Notes under the pieces: model-generated
What the model was told of the DNA's origin: nothing
The model's database searches: none
What the model saw: the letters and a program-made list of their open reading frames with translations, nothing else
Shown: in pieces, positions 10,048 to 22,035 of the stretch
Position numbering within the stretch: the stretch's first letter is position 1
Layout of the letters: each line of letters starts with the position of its first letter
Source: a virus
Taxonomy: Duplodnaviria > Caudoviricetes
Direction: 5' to 3' (one strand)
Length of the DNA: 64,000 nt
Virus record (IMG/VR): IMGVR_UViG_2832949849_000001
Coordinates: 1-64,000 of that record
Program-made: the position numbers and the translations under genes

Positions 10048-10076
10048 ATCATAAAACAAAAAGCTGCCTGAGTAAA
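10048..10076 (-). promoter_or_regulatory. Sigma70-like promoter of c4-ant cassette A
   Basis: TTTACT-N17-TATGAT; the -35 lies in a terminator hairpin; same layout at ~50094-50121. Confidence 0.6.
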
Positions 10077-10090
10077 GGCAGCATAAATAT

Positions 10091-10582
10091 TCATAGTGCT
10101 TTCAACTCCTTCAAACAAGCTGTCATACCCTCTTTGAAGGATTGATCCTCATACCATAAATCATCAATTTTGCACTCATTGGCATTACAGCTCATTTCAT
10201 ATGTGATTGAACGAGCCTCTAAGCCCTCTGTCGCACCAATACCAACTACAATAAATTTATAGTCTACCTGCTGAAGATATAAATTTGCACCCTCTGCTGA
10301 ATCATTTGTTTGCCACATAACATCATGATCAAGGCAACCCAATTCTTTTGATTTACTCACATAAGCACTATCTGCATTAAAGACCTTCTTTAAACTAGGT
10401 GTAGCAAACTTAACAAGAAGCTCATTGTTGCTAAAGTGCTCTATATGCTTACTCATTTCCATAGAGTGACTATAAAGCGATTGGATTGTTTGGATAGGTA
10501 AAGCGTCATCTGCACTACTATTCATGCTAATTGAACTCAAGCTTAAACCAAAAATTAACGCTATCTTTTTAAACATCATCAT
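10091..10582 (-). CDS. Exported protein, DUF3828/YbjP-like
   Basis: Signal peptide MFKKIALIFGLSL..SSA; GCLDHDVMWQTND and C...CKIDDL pattern; AT-rich. Confidence 0.5.
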   Translation of the reverse strand: MMMFKKIALIFGLSLSSISMNSSADDALPIQTIQSLYSHSMEMSKHIEHFSNNELLVKFATPSLKKVFNADSAYVSKSKELGCLDHDVMWQTNDSAEGANLYLQQVDYKFIVVGIGATEGLEARSITYEMSCNANECKIDDLWYEDQSFKEGMTACLKELKAL

Positions 10583-10644
10583 CAGCTCATATAGATTTAA
10601 TCGGTTATAAAATTATTATAACCATATTTTATTCCAATAGCATT

Positions 10645-11010
10645 TCATTCAGAACAAGCTACTAAAAAGGCCTGCTCAGCACGTGACTCAGGTGTAATTG
10701 GATCATTTAACACATCAACATTTGTATCAGAGTCAGAAGGTAAATAGTTACCTTGTTTATCATATGCCAATATTGTAGCCGCTCCCCCTGTTCTATTTGA
10801 GCAATCGAACTTTAGATTCATCACAATTGCACCGACACCTTCCAAGACCTCCTGCTTAAAAATAGTTTTAAGCCAAACACTTCCAAACGTGACTGATTCG
10901 GTATCAACATATAATTTTTCGGTTTCGGTTTCTTCTGCTAAAAACCATCTATCTTCAGCTTGAGCTGACACACTCAAAACAAGCAATACTGCACATAATA
11001 TTTTTTTCAC
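10645..11010 (-). CDS. Exported protein, surface-adhesin-E-like domain
   Basis: Signal peptide MKKILCAVLLVLSVSAQA; YVD..S...VW.K, FDC..R, YD..G, I.P.S..C pattern. Confidence 0.5.
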   Translation of the reverse strand: MKKILCAVLLVLSVSAQAEDRWFLAEETETEKLYVDTESVTFGSVWLKTIFKQEVLEGVGAIVMNLKFDCSNRTGGAATILAYDKQGNYLPSDSDTNVDVLNDPITPESRAEQAFLVACSE

Positions 11011-11213
11011 TATCTAACCCCTTTTTTAGCACTGCCCAAGAAACTCAGGCTGCAACCAATCGATTTTATCCACTTAAGATAAAAACCTTAGTGCTTATTT
11101 TGTTCAACTTATGCAAACTATAACAATGACCCTCAATTTGAGGGCCGTTAACATGCCATTTAAAAACTCATCCTCACCCACACAAGGGCCTGTAACTATT
11201 TACAGACCTTCGC

Positions 11214-11939
11214 TCAATCATTATTTTGATTAATACATCTCACTAACTTATCATCAAAATTGCTTACATGGTGTTCACCTTTAAGATAAAGCACATTACC
11301 AACTAGCTTTAAATTAAAATGTGATGCACTCATAGAATCTTCATATACCTCAACCCCATCAACACTCAAACTACCATCTGGGTTCTCCTCTGTATTTAAT
11401 ACAATCGCACTACCCCAATCTAAATCATTGGTTAAGCTGCTGTCTCTAATCCATGCAGACCTATCACCATCACACAATCGGGTGCTGCCCCATTTACCTA
11501 TATATTTACTAGGAATAAGGCTAGATTTCTCAGAATATACAAAAGCACCTAATAAGCTACGCTCCATGAGGCATTTATCATCACCTTTTAATTCTAATGT
11601 GCCCTCGCTATCCCATAATGCGGTAATTCTACAATCACTCAATGCATCATCTTCATAATGCGCACTTGCTTCTGCCTTGAAAACATATGGTTTGTTAATA
11701 ATCATCTTATCTTTTACTGGTGCAAAAAAACGATGAAACCCATATTGATTAAGAATCAACTCATAATGATTTATCCCTTGATGCTGATAAGAAGTAATAT
11801 TAGCTACTTTACCTCTACTACCAACATACGTGCCCTCCTGTATGTTTTGAGCCTGAGCCAACGATACACATCCAACCAGTAGTAATAAACTTACAAAGTA
11901 TTTTTTCATGCGGTAGTTCATATAAAGCCCTAAATTCAA
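11214..11939 (-). CDS. Exported protein, unknown function (start probably MKKYF near 11909)
   Basis: Signal peptide MKKYFVSLLLLVGCVSLAQA; paired Cys; AT-rich. Confidence 0.6.
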   Translation of the reverse strand: MNLGLYMNYRMKKYFVSLLLLVGCVSLAQAQNIQEGTYVGSRGKVANITSYQHQGINHYELILNQYGFHRFFAPVKDKMIINKPYVFKAEASAHYEDDALSDCRITALWDSEGTLELKGDDKCLMERSLLGAFVYSEKSSLIPSKYIGKWGSTRLCDGDRSAWIRDSSLTNDLDWGSAIVLNTEENPDGSLSVDGVEVYEDSMSASHFNLKLVGNVLYLKGEHHVSNFDDKLVRCINQNND

Positions 11940-12037
11940 AAATCACCAATTATTTTTACTTTTTCTTAATTACATAAAAACATCATCTGGCGCAGTTTCA
12001 ATATACAAACCAGTATTGGCATTTAATTGCACAAACG

Positions 12038-12379
12038 TCACGCTACCATCAGCGCACTCTGGCGGAAGGATTTCAATTGCTTGGTATTTTTATCTGGATG
12101 AATCATCAATTTGGCGGCTTTTAAACTTTTAGAATCATCTCCAAACTCTATAGCCTCCTCAATGCGTGCAATCAATTCACTACCTGAATAAATCGCTATA
12201 TTTTGTGACATTTTGTGTTTCACACCACCACAATCTACTACAGCTTGAGCATATTTATCCAAACCTTGCTTTGAAATTGATACTGCTTCTTCATAGCCAT
12301 ACCAATTACCATAGCTCTCTTTGATCAAATTGGTTGCATTAACCGCACCACTTATCAATAAAGCCAAAAATACCAACAT
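12038..12379 (-). CDS. Exported protein, unknown function (ends probably frameshifted)
   Basis: Signal-peptide-like LVFLALLISGAVNA; AT-rich. Confidence 0.5.
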   Translation of the reverse strand: MLVFLALLISGAVNATNLIKESYGNWYGYEEAVSISKQGLDKYAQAVVDCGGVKHKMSQNIAIYSGSELIARIEEAIEFGDDSKSLKAAKLMIHPDKNTKQLKSFRQSALMVA

Positions 12380-12465
12380 TAATTTTTGAACATATCAATT
12401 CCATTTCAATAATGACGTAGTAATAATACACATTAAAAAGCATCTTATAAATGTTTACAGTATGA

Positions 12466-12885
12466 CTACTTCATAACATCAATATCATAAATTACCTTTT
12501 CGTCAGGATACTGATTCCAACCAGTCCAAATCTCTGACAAAGTAACTTTCAAGTTATTGGCTTTTTGTACCTGATACAAAAATGCTCGCGGGGGCGATAT
12601 ATCATTAGTTCTGTCTTTTTCAAACAAGATAAATGTTTTATCATCAAGCCAACGTACTCTCAGATTTAAATTTGGCTCGCAAGTAAATCCAGCTTCATCA
12701 TACATAAAAGCATCTTTGCCATTTTTTGAAAATGAAAGGCCAGCACAGCTAGCTCCATCAATAGTCAATTTTTTACCGAGCAATTGATTTTTTACTGACT
12801 CAGCATTGGCACCAAGCCCTACACTTAACAATGCTAAACTAAAGATAAATTTAGATACTTTCAACTTAAGCTCCCGTTCCACCAC
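12466..12885 (-). CDS. Exported protein immediately after the tape-measure gene (start probably TTG near 12864)
   Basis: Signal peptide KVSKFIFSLALLSVGLGANA; GGAG RBS inside the last tape-measure codons; two Cys. Confidence 0.65.
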   Translation of the reverse strand: MVERELKLKVSKFIFSLALLSVGLGANAESVKNQLLGKKLTIDGASCAGLSFSKNGKDAFMYDEAGFTCEPNLNLRVRWLDDKTFILFEKDRTNDISPPRAFLYQVQKANNLKVTLSEIWTGWNQYPDEKVIYDIDVMK

Positions 12886-15779
12886 TCGTTACATTCGCAA
12901 TTTCAGGATGTGATACCTGACGCTTGATTGGCGCATGGGCAATCTGACCTCCCACGCTCCCCTGATAGGCCACGCCAGCACCTCTGCTTGATGCTGGTAG
13001 CTTAACCTCTTGTGGCTGTATATTAGCAGCGTTTAAAGCAACATTATTAGCATTCACAGCAACTTGTTGTGATTTTGGTTGAACCACAGGCGGCGTTTTA
13101 ACTTGATGCAGTTTTGGCTTGGTTTGACTTGGCTTAGAACCAAGACTCACTCTAAATGCACCTGGTCGGCGAGATTGTAAATCTTTGGTAGTGCCATGAA
13201 CATGGATGCTTTTACCAGCCCCAAAAACCATGCCCTCTTTTCTTGCACTGGTTTCCATGTCATTAACCCATGCTTTTTTATTTTTTTCATCAGACATGTT
13301 TGGGTTAGCATAGTGTAAGTGACTACCAACACTAGACGGGCGGCCATTTTCACGCTCTTTTATGTATTTCATGGCATAGGCTCTCGTTCTTGCGCTAACA
13401 GCCGATGAGGGCATATTTTGTACCGAACCATAAGGATTATTATCTACCCACTTGCCGTTGGCATAATAGCCTTTAGGCCCATTGATTTTGGTAAATTGAT
13501 TTTTAGCATTGGCCACATCACTCATAGAGTTACCCCATACGCCTGATTCAAGCCTGTTTAGCAAAGTATCCATTACTCCATTAGCCTGTGCTTCAAACGT
13601 AGCTTGATCCTTGAATTTAACCACTTCGGTATCTGTTACTTTAATCAAATTTTCAATGTCTTGGTCTGTCAATTGTAAACTCGACCAGTAGCATTGGCAT
13701 TGGACGGAGTGCCTTGCCCCGATTGTTGATTAACATGCTGCGTTGTCGGTTTATTGTTGCCAGTAACCATGTTTGCATACCTAGCAGCAGCTTCTTTGCT
13801 TTGCCATTCAAAATCAATATGGCCTGCGGTTGCCTTGCCTGATGGTTTGGTATATTCATCTCGAATGATGTAATCTTTTTTGTCTTTAAATCCTTGTTTC
13901 TTTAGCTCATCATGCATCTCTTGAACAATCTTAGGGGCTAAATTACGTCCTTCTGCCTCACTGGCTTTATTCCCTGACTGATTGTTGAGAGTCATATCAA
14001 ATTTTAAGCCTTGTGTATGTTTAGAGTTCTTACTATTTACTTGATGCCAAACATCATTAAATGCACTAAACCAATGCAAACGGCTACCCAGTTTATCTTG
14101 CATGGTTTTGCAAATTCAATCGTACCTTGTTCGGTTTTACCTCCACCGATTGATTCGGTAACGGTTTTTCCTTTGAAATTCGCATCAACGCGTTTTAGTT
14201 TTAAATCCTGCCAAGTAGTCAATTTACGACCATTTGGCTGTGCCTGTTGATTGGATTTAGGTACTTCAACCCCTGCATCCATTGAGCCCATATTCTGTCT
14301 TTTGGGGTCTCTGCACCAGCATCCATGCTATACATATTTTATCATCGCCTACGCCCACAAATTGCTTGGTTTTTCCCAAGCATCGCCAGCATAGCGACTC
14401 ACAGTATTCCATCCTTCACTAATAGTTTGACCAACTGGCGTTTTAGCAATAGCTTCAAACAATCGGTTAAAACCCTCTTTGAACGCATCAAATGCCTCTT
14501 TACCCAGACTTGTCAGCTTGTCAAAAAACACCTGTACTTTTTCAGGAACGATGGTTTTCCATAAAGCAATACCCGCTATGCCTATGCCTTTCCATGTGGT
14601 ATCAGCAAGTCCTTTCACTGTTGACCATAAGGAACTCGAATCAATACCAAGCTTGTCAAAGAATGTTTGAAATTTACTAGGAATTAATGACTGCCAAAGA
14701 TGGCTAGCACCTGATTTGGCAACATCAATAAAGCCTTTCCATGATCCAAACATCTTTTTGCTTAAATCTTTATCAATCGCCTTATCCACACGCTCAACAA
14801 AATATTCTGTCAAAGTAGAGCCGCCTAAGCCTCCAAGAATTGCACCGACAACACCACCAACTGCCGTACCAAGTACAGGCACAACAGAGCCAATAGCAGC
14901 ACCTGCCGCACCGCCTGCCATTGCGCCAGCCACACCACCGCCAGCTACTGCAAAGTTTTTAGCATGTTCTTTGTTTTTTTCATGGCGCTCAAGGTCGCTT
15001 TGCTCGACACTAATACCTTCAAACAGCGCAAACAAAGCAGAAAGTGCACCGCCTTTGCCAATCAGCTTCAAACCTTGTTTTAAAATTTCCCACTTTGAGC
15101 TACTTGGACCTGCTGGACTTGGATTGGAATTGGGTGGTGCAATCGGTGGTACGCTAGGATTTGGCGATGTTGGTGGTCTTCTTGGTGTTTGCGGATTGCG
15201 CCCTGGTATCAGCAACGGTGATTTGAGCAGATTGCGCAAAAGACCACCGCCTGCACTCAAAAACCCCAAACTAGATGCAAGCATACCCAGTAGCGGTAAA
15301 AGTTTGCCCATCCACGACAATAAGCTGCTTCGATTGTTTTTGAGGTTCTTGTTGATTTCTTTGAGCATCAATTCTTGACGGTGATTGCTGCGAGCTTGAG
15401 CATCGCGATAACGACGCTGCTCACGGGTCAATTGTTTTTTCTTTTGATGCTCACCTTGATTGGCCAAAGGATGTGCCGTGTTGGCATTTCCGATTTGTTG
15501 AGCCTTATTTGAGGTGTTGGCCAAGCGTGGGCGGTTGGTTTGAACAATCGGTTTGCGCTGTGTTGTTGGCGTGGATTGACCTTGGCTGCTACCGTCCAGC
15601 CGCAAGCGTCCTGAAACCACCATTCGTTGCCCTGATTTTTGTATCTTGATGTGGTTTAAAATGGTTTCACTGTTTTTGTGCGTGGCAGCGACGGTGTTTT
15701 CAAGCGTTTTGATGCGCTTTTTACCGATTAAAAATCCATCATCGTCGTGCTGTAATTGAATCTGCAATTTGGTTGACAT
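12866..15779 (-). CDS. Tape-measure-like protein with C-terminal peptidoglycan hydrolase domains (M15-like peptidase and SleB/Hydrolase_2-like); split over four ORFs
   Basis: DDDGFLIG N-terminus, TM/glycine zipper GAMAGGAAGAAIGSVVPVLGTAVGG, W/F repeats; SKHTQGLKFD (H-x6-D) plus GHID; TEVVKF..NGVMDTLLNRLESG..NQF..HYANP. Confidence 0.7.
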
Positions 15780-15811
15780 GAAAAAACCCATTACGTGGTT
15801 TGCAATGGGTC

Positions 15812-15852
15812 ATTATCAATGCGGCTGTGAGGGTGTTTTAGAGATGTTCCCT
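15812..15852 (-). promoter_or_regulatory. Putative late promoter (tape measure)
   Basis: AGGGAAC-N28-GATAAT followed by a hairpin plus T-tract. Confidence 0.75.
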
Positions 15853-15892
15853 CACTTGAACAAATCATCAATCGGTGACCAGTTATCTACCA

Positions 15893-16743
15893 TTAAAGGC
15901 ATTTTTGAGTTTTCCCCGCATATTCATTCAAACTGTCTAACACCGCTTGTGTATTGGTTTGTGACAGCCAATTGGTTTCAGAAATATCCAGCTTCAACAT
16001 CGGCTCAGGCTTCACGTCAAATTGACGTAACCGATGCTCAGCGTCCTGTAAACGCCATAAAGCATCATCCAATACAGATGCCATTTGCTGTTTTTCTAAA
16101 CGCTCTTGTTCCACTACAACGTCGGCAATTTCCAAATCACTGACAACTTGGCCAAGTCGATTACGCACACTGTCCATCACCACACGCCGCTCGATGTCAC
16201 GTGCTTTGAGCCATTCCATTTGCTGCTTAGAAGTCAGGCGATCCAAATCAAACACACCGTCCATCACCATTTCATAACCACGATTGGTGGCAAAATTAGG
16301 GACCATCACGTAATCAAAGCCGTAAAATTGTGTCGGGGCTTCGGGAGTGGGTGTGAACACACTTGAAAAGCCACCGATTTTGGCTTGATACCATTCCCAA
16401 GCTTACGACCCAATTCATTGTCCAAAAACTCAGCTTGGTGCTCGATGGTTCCATCTTGGCTGGCAGTGATGTGGATGGTACGGATGGCCGGCTCAATCGC
16501 CACGTATTTTTGACCTTGGCCATCATTGGCCAATACGGTTTCACTCGGAAGCATGCCCCATTCAGCCCTTACCCCATGCCCCAAATAGCCATACATGTCA
16601 CCTGAATTGACCATCTCTTGCACTTGCGGCCCGTTAATCAAACGCACCACTTGAGCCACGTTGAAATTGCGCGGCTTACCGATGTGCTTGCGCCCTCGGT
16701 CGGTAATGTTGTAACGGATGATTTCCGATTTGTTTTTTGCCAT
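15893..16743 (-). CDS. Prohead (head-processing) protease, P1 Pro-like, frameshift near 16400
   Basis: DRGRKH.G..RN, MYGYLGH, and KIGGFSS in the downstream frame. Confidence 0.65.
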
Positions 16744-16781
16744 GATGTACCCTGCCTAAAATGAAAAACCCACAAAGTGAT

Positions 16782-16822
16782 ATTGTGGGCTAGGTTTGGG
16801 TGAAGGATTTGAGGCGTTCCCT
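16782..16822 (-). promoter_or_regulatory. Putative late promoter (protease)
   Basis: AGGGAAC-N28-CACAAT; close paralog of 6731-6771. Confidence 0.75.
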
Positions 16823-16936
16823 GAATCTAGAAAAAGAACTTTAACTAAAAAAAATTGTCTCACTCCTGCTATGAATAATGGCAATGTCAAGTAATATTAT
16901 TGCTTTTAAACACCATAATGTGTACGATGTATTTTA

Positions 16937-17787
16937 GGATCTGTTGAACATTCATAATTTCAACCAAATCAAGCCACAAGCAAGTGCTACGGTGCTAATG
17001 TAACTGTTTAGCAGCTTATCGTAGCGACTGGACAATGCTCGGTAATGTTTTAAATTGGCAAAAGTGTTTTCAACCACATGCCGAGCCTGGTAAATCAACC
17101 AATCCATATGTGAGTTACTGGTTCTGGCATTTTTCTTCCGTGGAATATTGGCACGTACTACCTTTGAATAAGCCAAATTCCTAAATTCTTCAGAGTCATA
17201 ACCTTTGTCTGCATTTAAAAACTCAGTATCTTTCAAGTCCAAAAGCTGCAGCAACATCGGTGCTATTTTAATATCATGAGTAATGCCATCGCCCACAAGA
17301 AACTCAAGCGGATTACCATGTGCATCAACTGCCAAATGAATTTTTGAACTGTTGCCGCCAATACTTTTGGCGATACTTTGATCGCCACCACCTACGGCCC
17401 CAGCACTGCTCTGATGTGCTCGAATATGAGTCGCATCAATTGAAACCCATTCCGTATCAGCGCTTTGAATCAACCTTTTGAATAATTTATAAAATAAACC
17501 TGTTGCCGACCACCTACGAAATGCTTTGAATACAGTATTGGCCTTTCCATAACAACTGGGCAAATATCGCCATTGGCAACCCGTTTTGAGGCGATAAATG
17601 ATTCCTAAAAAAGTCTTTTTCAAACTGGGTTTGTCATAAACATTCAAATCTAGGAGAATGGACTTTAGCTTCTGCCATTGTTCTTCTGTGATGATGGTTG
17701 CAAGCATGGATAGAGGGCGATTAAAAGTTGTTTGGCGATAATATTTTAACGTCCTCTATCCTATCCATCCAAATGTTCAACAGACCC
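16937..17787 (-). mobile_element. IS5-family (IS427-group-like) insertion sequence, 851 bp
   Basis: 16-bp TIRs GGATCTGTTGAACATT / GGGTCTGTTGAACATT (15/16), TA on both flanks. Confidence 0.9.
16952..17707 (-). CDS. IS5-family DDE transposase
   Basis: TGCQWRYLP, IDATHIRAHQ, ADKGYDS, RHVVENTFANLK. Confidence 0.92.
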   Translation of the reverse strand: MLATIITEEQWQKLKSILLDLNVYDKPSLKKTFLGIIYRLKTGCQWRYLPSCYGKANTVFKAFRRWSATGLFYKLFKRLIQSADTEWVSIDATHIRAHQSSAGAVGGGDQSIAKSIGGNSSKIHLAVDAHGNPLEFLVGDGITHDIKIAPMLLQLLDLKDTEFLNADKGYDSEEFRNLAYSKVVRANIPRKKNARTSNSHMDWLIYQARHVVENTFANLKHYRALSSRYDKLLNSYISTVALACGLIWLKL

Positions 17788-18402
17788 TAAATTGATGATT
17801 ATCAATGGCCATATGAAGGTGATGGAGTGTGAATAAAAAAGGACTGATTGGATTTGGATTGCAATAGGAGCATCAGTACCGTGTTTGAATTTTTTAAAGA
17901 TTTTTTATTGAATTTGGTTATTGAATTGTTTTTGTTGTATCTTTATTGGTTACATAAGGATGCTTACATTGGTTATTACGAAGATCAAATTCGTTTTTGG
18001 GTGGTTCCGGTTGCTTTGGGTTTTACCGTATTGGAATATTTGTTTTGGTAAAAATTGATTCATTGAATCAGAGGTTTGAATCAAAATATATTTGCTAGCA
18101 AAAAATCCATTAAAATTGTAAGACACACACTGTGGTCATCATTCAATCATCGTTAATCAAGAATTTTTAAAAAAGCAGTTTAAAATCACATCAGTGTAAC
18201 TAATTGGATAGTCCGATAAACATCCAATGGGCGTCCTGTAAAAATATCCAGCAGTAAAATCAAGATGTGATCGATTATCAATGATTAAAAGTTTGGTTTT
18301 CGGCAGCGCGATGCTGATTAGAATTTCAATTTGAGATTAAAAACATAATGTAATATTTGCATTACATTATCGGTTAAAGTCGAAAAAATGATTTTAAATT
18401 GA

Positions 18403-18672
18403 ATGACCAAGTTAGGTTATGAGATGGTTGCTTTACACCATTTTTCCCCAAATAATGAAAAGCTGCAATCTTATACAATTAAGGTAGATTCTCATTGTTT
18501 TGAAGAATTACTTCTCTTAATTGAACGTTGGCATCCAACGAAAAAGTCATTAATTAAAAATGAACGTAATAATGGCACCATACCAGAACTTTATACCGTA
18601 GTAGATTTCAAAAACCTACCCCTTAATTGCATCACAGGGATATCAGTATTAACTATTAATATCCCTATTTAG
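18403..18672 (+). CDS. Hypothetical cargo protein
   Basis: 89-aa AT-rich ORF convergent with the portal gene; no recognisable motif. Confidence 0.4.
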   Translation: MTKLGYEMVALHHFSPNNEKLQSYTIKVDSHCFEELLLLIERWHPTKKSLIKNERNNGTIPELYTVVDFKNLPLNCITGISVLTINIPI

Positions 18673-18682
18673 CTTTTTTAAT

Positions 18683-20179
18683 TTACTCCGTTTCACCCTT
18701 ATCTAAATTATTAGCCAATGCCTGTGCATACATCAGTGCATCATCTTCATCCATGTTCATTTGACGGCGCATGAAGTTGCTTGAAGCCTTTTCATCAAAG
18801 CCCACGTCTTTCAATTGGGTGAACGCTTGCAAAACGGTCGAAGCGGCAACCGAGCGACGCTCTTGCGTGTCTTGCTTTTCTTTCTCTAATGCCGACTGAG
18901 CACCAATAAAGGTGATTTCATAAGGGCGTTTTTTAAACACGCCGCCATATTTCAATTGACAATGCACATCGATGATGTGGTTCACAAAGTTGGTAAAGCC
19001 TTGTCTGATCATGATGGCACGCTGTGCGCTTTGGGCTGAAACACGGTAAAACCCACCCTCACCCAAACCACCTGATAAGATTTCTGAAAATCCCAACATC
19101 GACAAATCATGACCCAATACCGCCGCCAGCATTTTGGCGTAAAACATCACGTCTTCGGTGCTGTAACCAATGGCATTGCCTGCCCCTGACATGGCCCCGT
19201 TGTCCACCGACATCATTTGTTTGTCGCTGTGCACCGGCAATATGTGCATGATTTTTTCAGTGATGGACGGTTGTTTTTGATGGCAGAGGCCACGCGCGCT
19301 TTAGATGTTTGCAAAATGCCCAATACATTGTTGTACATCTCTTTTGTTGGTCTTCGGTCATGCCATCCATGTTGATGGTGACCAAGGCTTCACGCACCGC
19401 ATCCAAGATGCGACTGGACGACAAACCCATCAAGGCATTTTGCAGCAAAAAGAATGGGCGTTCAGCGTCCTGTAAAAATGAGCCACCAATGGTATCGGGC
19501 AAAGGCTTGTGGTTTTCCCAATCATCGTTGAGCAAATTGGCCTGCCAAGCGTTGTAAAGCATTCGTTGCTGTGGCACAAAGCCCATGCGCGGCATTTTAA
19601 ATCGTGCCAACTGCATATTGGTCAAAGCAGCATCTTTACTGCCTTCCAATGACAATACATAGCCTGCATCCACACCAGCACACACCATCGGCTGCACCAA
19701 AGGCGGTAACAACACGTCATCAATGTGGATTTCTGAACGCCCTTGCCTTCTTTACCATAGATGCGCGCATAAGCGTCGCCATAACCGGTGGCCAAATAAC
19801 TCAATTGGTAAGCAGAATGGTTGATTTGTTCGGTCAGAATGTCTTGCAGCTCTTCAATGATTTTCAATTCTGCAGGTGTGGTATCGGCATTGGCTTCGAT
19901 GAAAAATACCTCACTGGTTGTTTCATGCGCACCTAGTGATTGGGTGACATGTAAATTCAAAGCCGTAGCAATGATAGGATCCCCCATCATGTAAGCATAA
20001 GATTGGTAAATATCGAAGCGTTGCCGTGCTGGATTTTGAGAAGCAGCCAACACCTGACTGATAGACACCGCATCAATGCCCATGGCACTGAGGCTGGCTG
20101 ATTGCTCGATGTCGTTAGCAGTGGTGTTTAAGAACGGCAAGCCTTGGCTGTCAAGGATGGTGGATTGTTTGCTTGGCAT
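18683..20179 (-). CDS. Portal protein (P1-like), split over three ORFs
   Basis: Y..MMGDPIIATAL.LHV..SLG, GYGDAYARIY, GGSFL..AE.PF, LGF...LSGGLGEGGF.R.SAQ; about 500 aa joined. Confidence 0.7.
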
Positions 20180-20204
20180 AGAAAACCCCAATTTAATTGA
20201 GGTT

Positions 20205-20245
20205 ATTATGCTGTGACTTAGCGTGGCTGATTTAGAGCGTTCCCT
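20205..20245 (-). promoter_or_regulatory. Putative late promoter (portal)
   Basis: AGGGAAC-N28-CATAAT followed by a hairpin plus T-tract. Confidence 0.75.
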
Positions 20246-20252
20246 ATACTGT

Positions 20253-21450
20253 TTATTTGATGAGCTGAATCACCAGGCGCGTATAGGTTTCCGCATAAAT
20301 CTGAATCATATCACCGGCTTTAAACACTCGATTGACTTCAGCCTCATGGTAAAAAAACTCATCCCATTGTTCTGACGTTGTTCCCATGAATTTGGATACA
20401 TCTTGTACGGTGGTGTAATTATTGTCTATTGTGGCACCATCTCGCGTATTGAGCTTGTATTGCATCAACATCCGTTTAACCACACCTTGCGAAGTTTCGC
20501 CATTGTTGGCATTGCGAACATAGCGACCTGACATCCGAATCAATATCTTGCTGCAGTCAGCCTTAACCACAAAAGTTTGTGGCTGTGGTACTCCCAATTG
20601 ATTGTTCGTAATGTTGTAAATACCTTGGTGAATCACAAATCCAGCGGGCAATACATTGGCCAACAATGCGGCCACTTGTTTGGGTGTCATGGCCACAGCT
20701 TCATTGTCAGCATCTTTAGCCTCTGCAGTATTGGCTAATTTGACCACACCTTTTGTGTGGTTGTGGCATCCACAATGCCATCAATCCCACCAATAGCCGC
20801 CTCAATCGCATCCACCATACAGGCTGGTGTAATGGCCACTGATTCATTATCACGATCCCGTGATTCAGCCAATGTGGCCAATTTAACAATGCCTTTCACC
20901 TCAGTGGTGGCCACATCAATTTTATGGGTATGCAAGCCGTTGTAAACTGTGTTTTCGGTTTCTTCATTAATGGTATCAGGATGGTTGTGGGCATCCTTGT
21001 CTGCAATGTGTTCATCTAAGTATTGCATGGTAATTGCTGATTCATCATCTGCCGATACCGTGATATTGATATTTTGGTCGTCAATCAACCCCAATTTCAA
21101 ATAATAATTGAGCATGGTTTTTTCTTACCAAAAATCTCATCGATGACTGAGTTATCTTCACGGCGAACTTGGGCAAACACAACATTACTGGTCTTGTCGA
21201 TTAAATCAATACGGTACAAATCAAAAGTGGCTTCATTGGCCACGCCTATCATCACGCTCACACGAACAGTACCATCGCTCAAACGATAGCCTGTGGTTGG
21301 ATAAGTGCCACGCAATACACCAGTACCATCATAAACCTTAGCTTGGTAAATTTGGATTTGGAAACCATTGCGATCAGGCGGATTGCTTGATGCAGCCAGC
21401 AAACCGGCATGGGTAATACGAACTACAATGTCAGCAGCGATATTGCTCAT
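20253..21450 (-). CDS. Tail fibre protein, split over three ORFs
   Basis: ITHAGL.A baseplate-attachment start; repeats ATTEVKGIVKLAT / ATTTQK.VVKLAN and A(I/M)TP. Confidence 0.7.
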
Positions 21451-21462
21451 AATGTTTCCTTT

Positions 21463-22035
21463 TTAATAATATTTTTTCACTTTGACATTGATGAAACCAA
21501 GCCGGTAATTTCTCATCATGCCCATTTGTACAATCGCATCAAATACACCCAATTGATGCTCGGTTTGAAAACGCTCACGCTGATTCCTGACATACACCAT
21601 TCCATCCCTAACATACGCAAAAATCACATCCGCATTGGCGTTTTGATTGGGTCTAATATCATCCAAGGCCAGCATTGGTGATAAAACTGTGCCATACGGT
21701 GTGGTAACAGCTGCATTGACCGTACTGTCATACCAATATAAATAAGATTGGCCATTGAGTAATTTGTAAGCAATATATGGATTCATATTCAAGTCAAATG
21801 CAAAACTCAATTGCTCCACATTGGCCACAGTCAAAATTTCATGCGAACCCAATTGATTGGAAAGAATGATTTTGTTGTCTACATATGAACTGGACCACAG
21901 ATAACCATCGCGGCCTTGCGACAAGTCACGAATGCCCACGCCGCCCCACTCATAATCAACCAGTGGGTACATGCGTGTAGGTGTTAAAAATTCATCAGCA
22001 ATGGGCGTGCTAGAGAGCTGATTGTTGGGAATCAT
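21463..22035 (-). CDS. Tail-associated structural protein
   Basis: Coupled between fibre-like genes; DYEWGG..I.D.S.G, SFAFDLNM.P. Confidence 0.5.
   Translation of the reverse strand: MIPNNQLSSTPIADEFLTPTRMYPLVDYEWGGVGIRDLSQGRDGYLWSSSYVDNKIILSNQLGSHEILTVANVEQLSFAFDLNMNPYIAYKLLNGQSYLYWYDSTVNAAVTTPYGTVLSPMLALDDIRPNQNANADVIFAYVRDGMVYVRNQRERFQTEHQLGVFDAIVQMGMMRNYRLGFINVKVKKYY

Noticed and set aside
9784-10071. 95-aa plus-strand ORF, and a tRNA interpretation of the cloverleaf-like RNA
   Set aside because: The ORF is antisense to the c4 region, and the structure lacks tRNA D/anticodon arms and CCA; c4-type RNA explains it
14716-15378. Long plus-strand ORFs opposite structural genes (also 30441-31058, 38800-39462, 58454-59038 and others)
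   Set aside because: Shadow frames of well-supported minus-strand genes with no motifs of their own
18345-18370. ATAATGTAAT-N6-ATTACATTAT palindrome as a dif/Xer site
   Set aside because: Only partial similarity to dif and no proper XerC/XerD arms; could be an operator but unsupported
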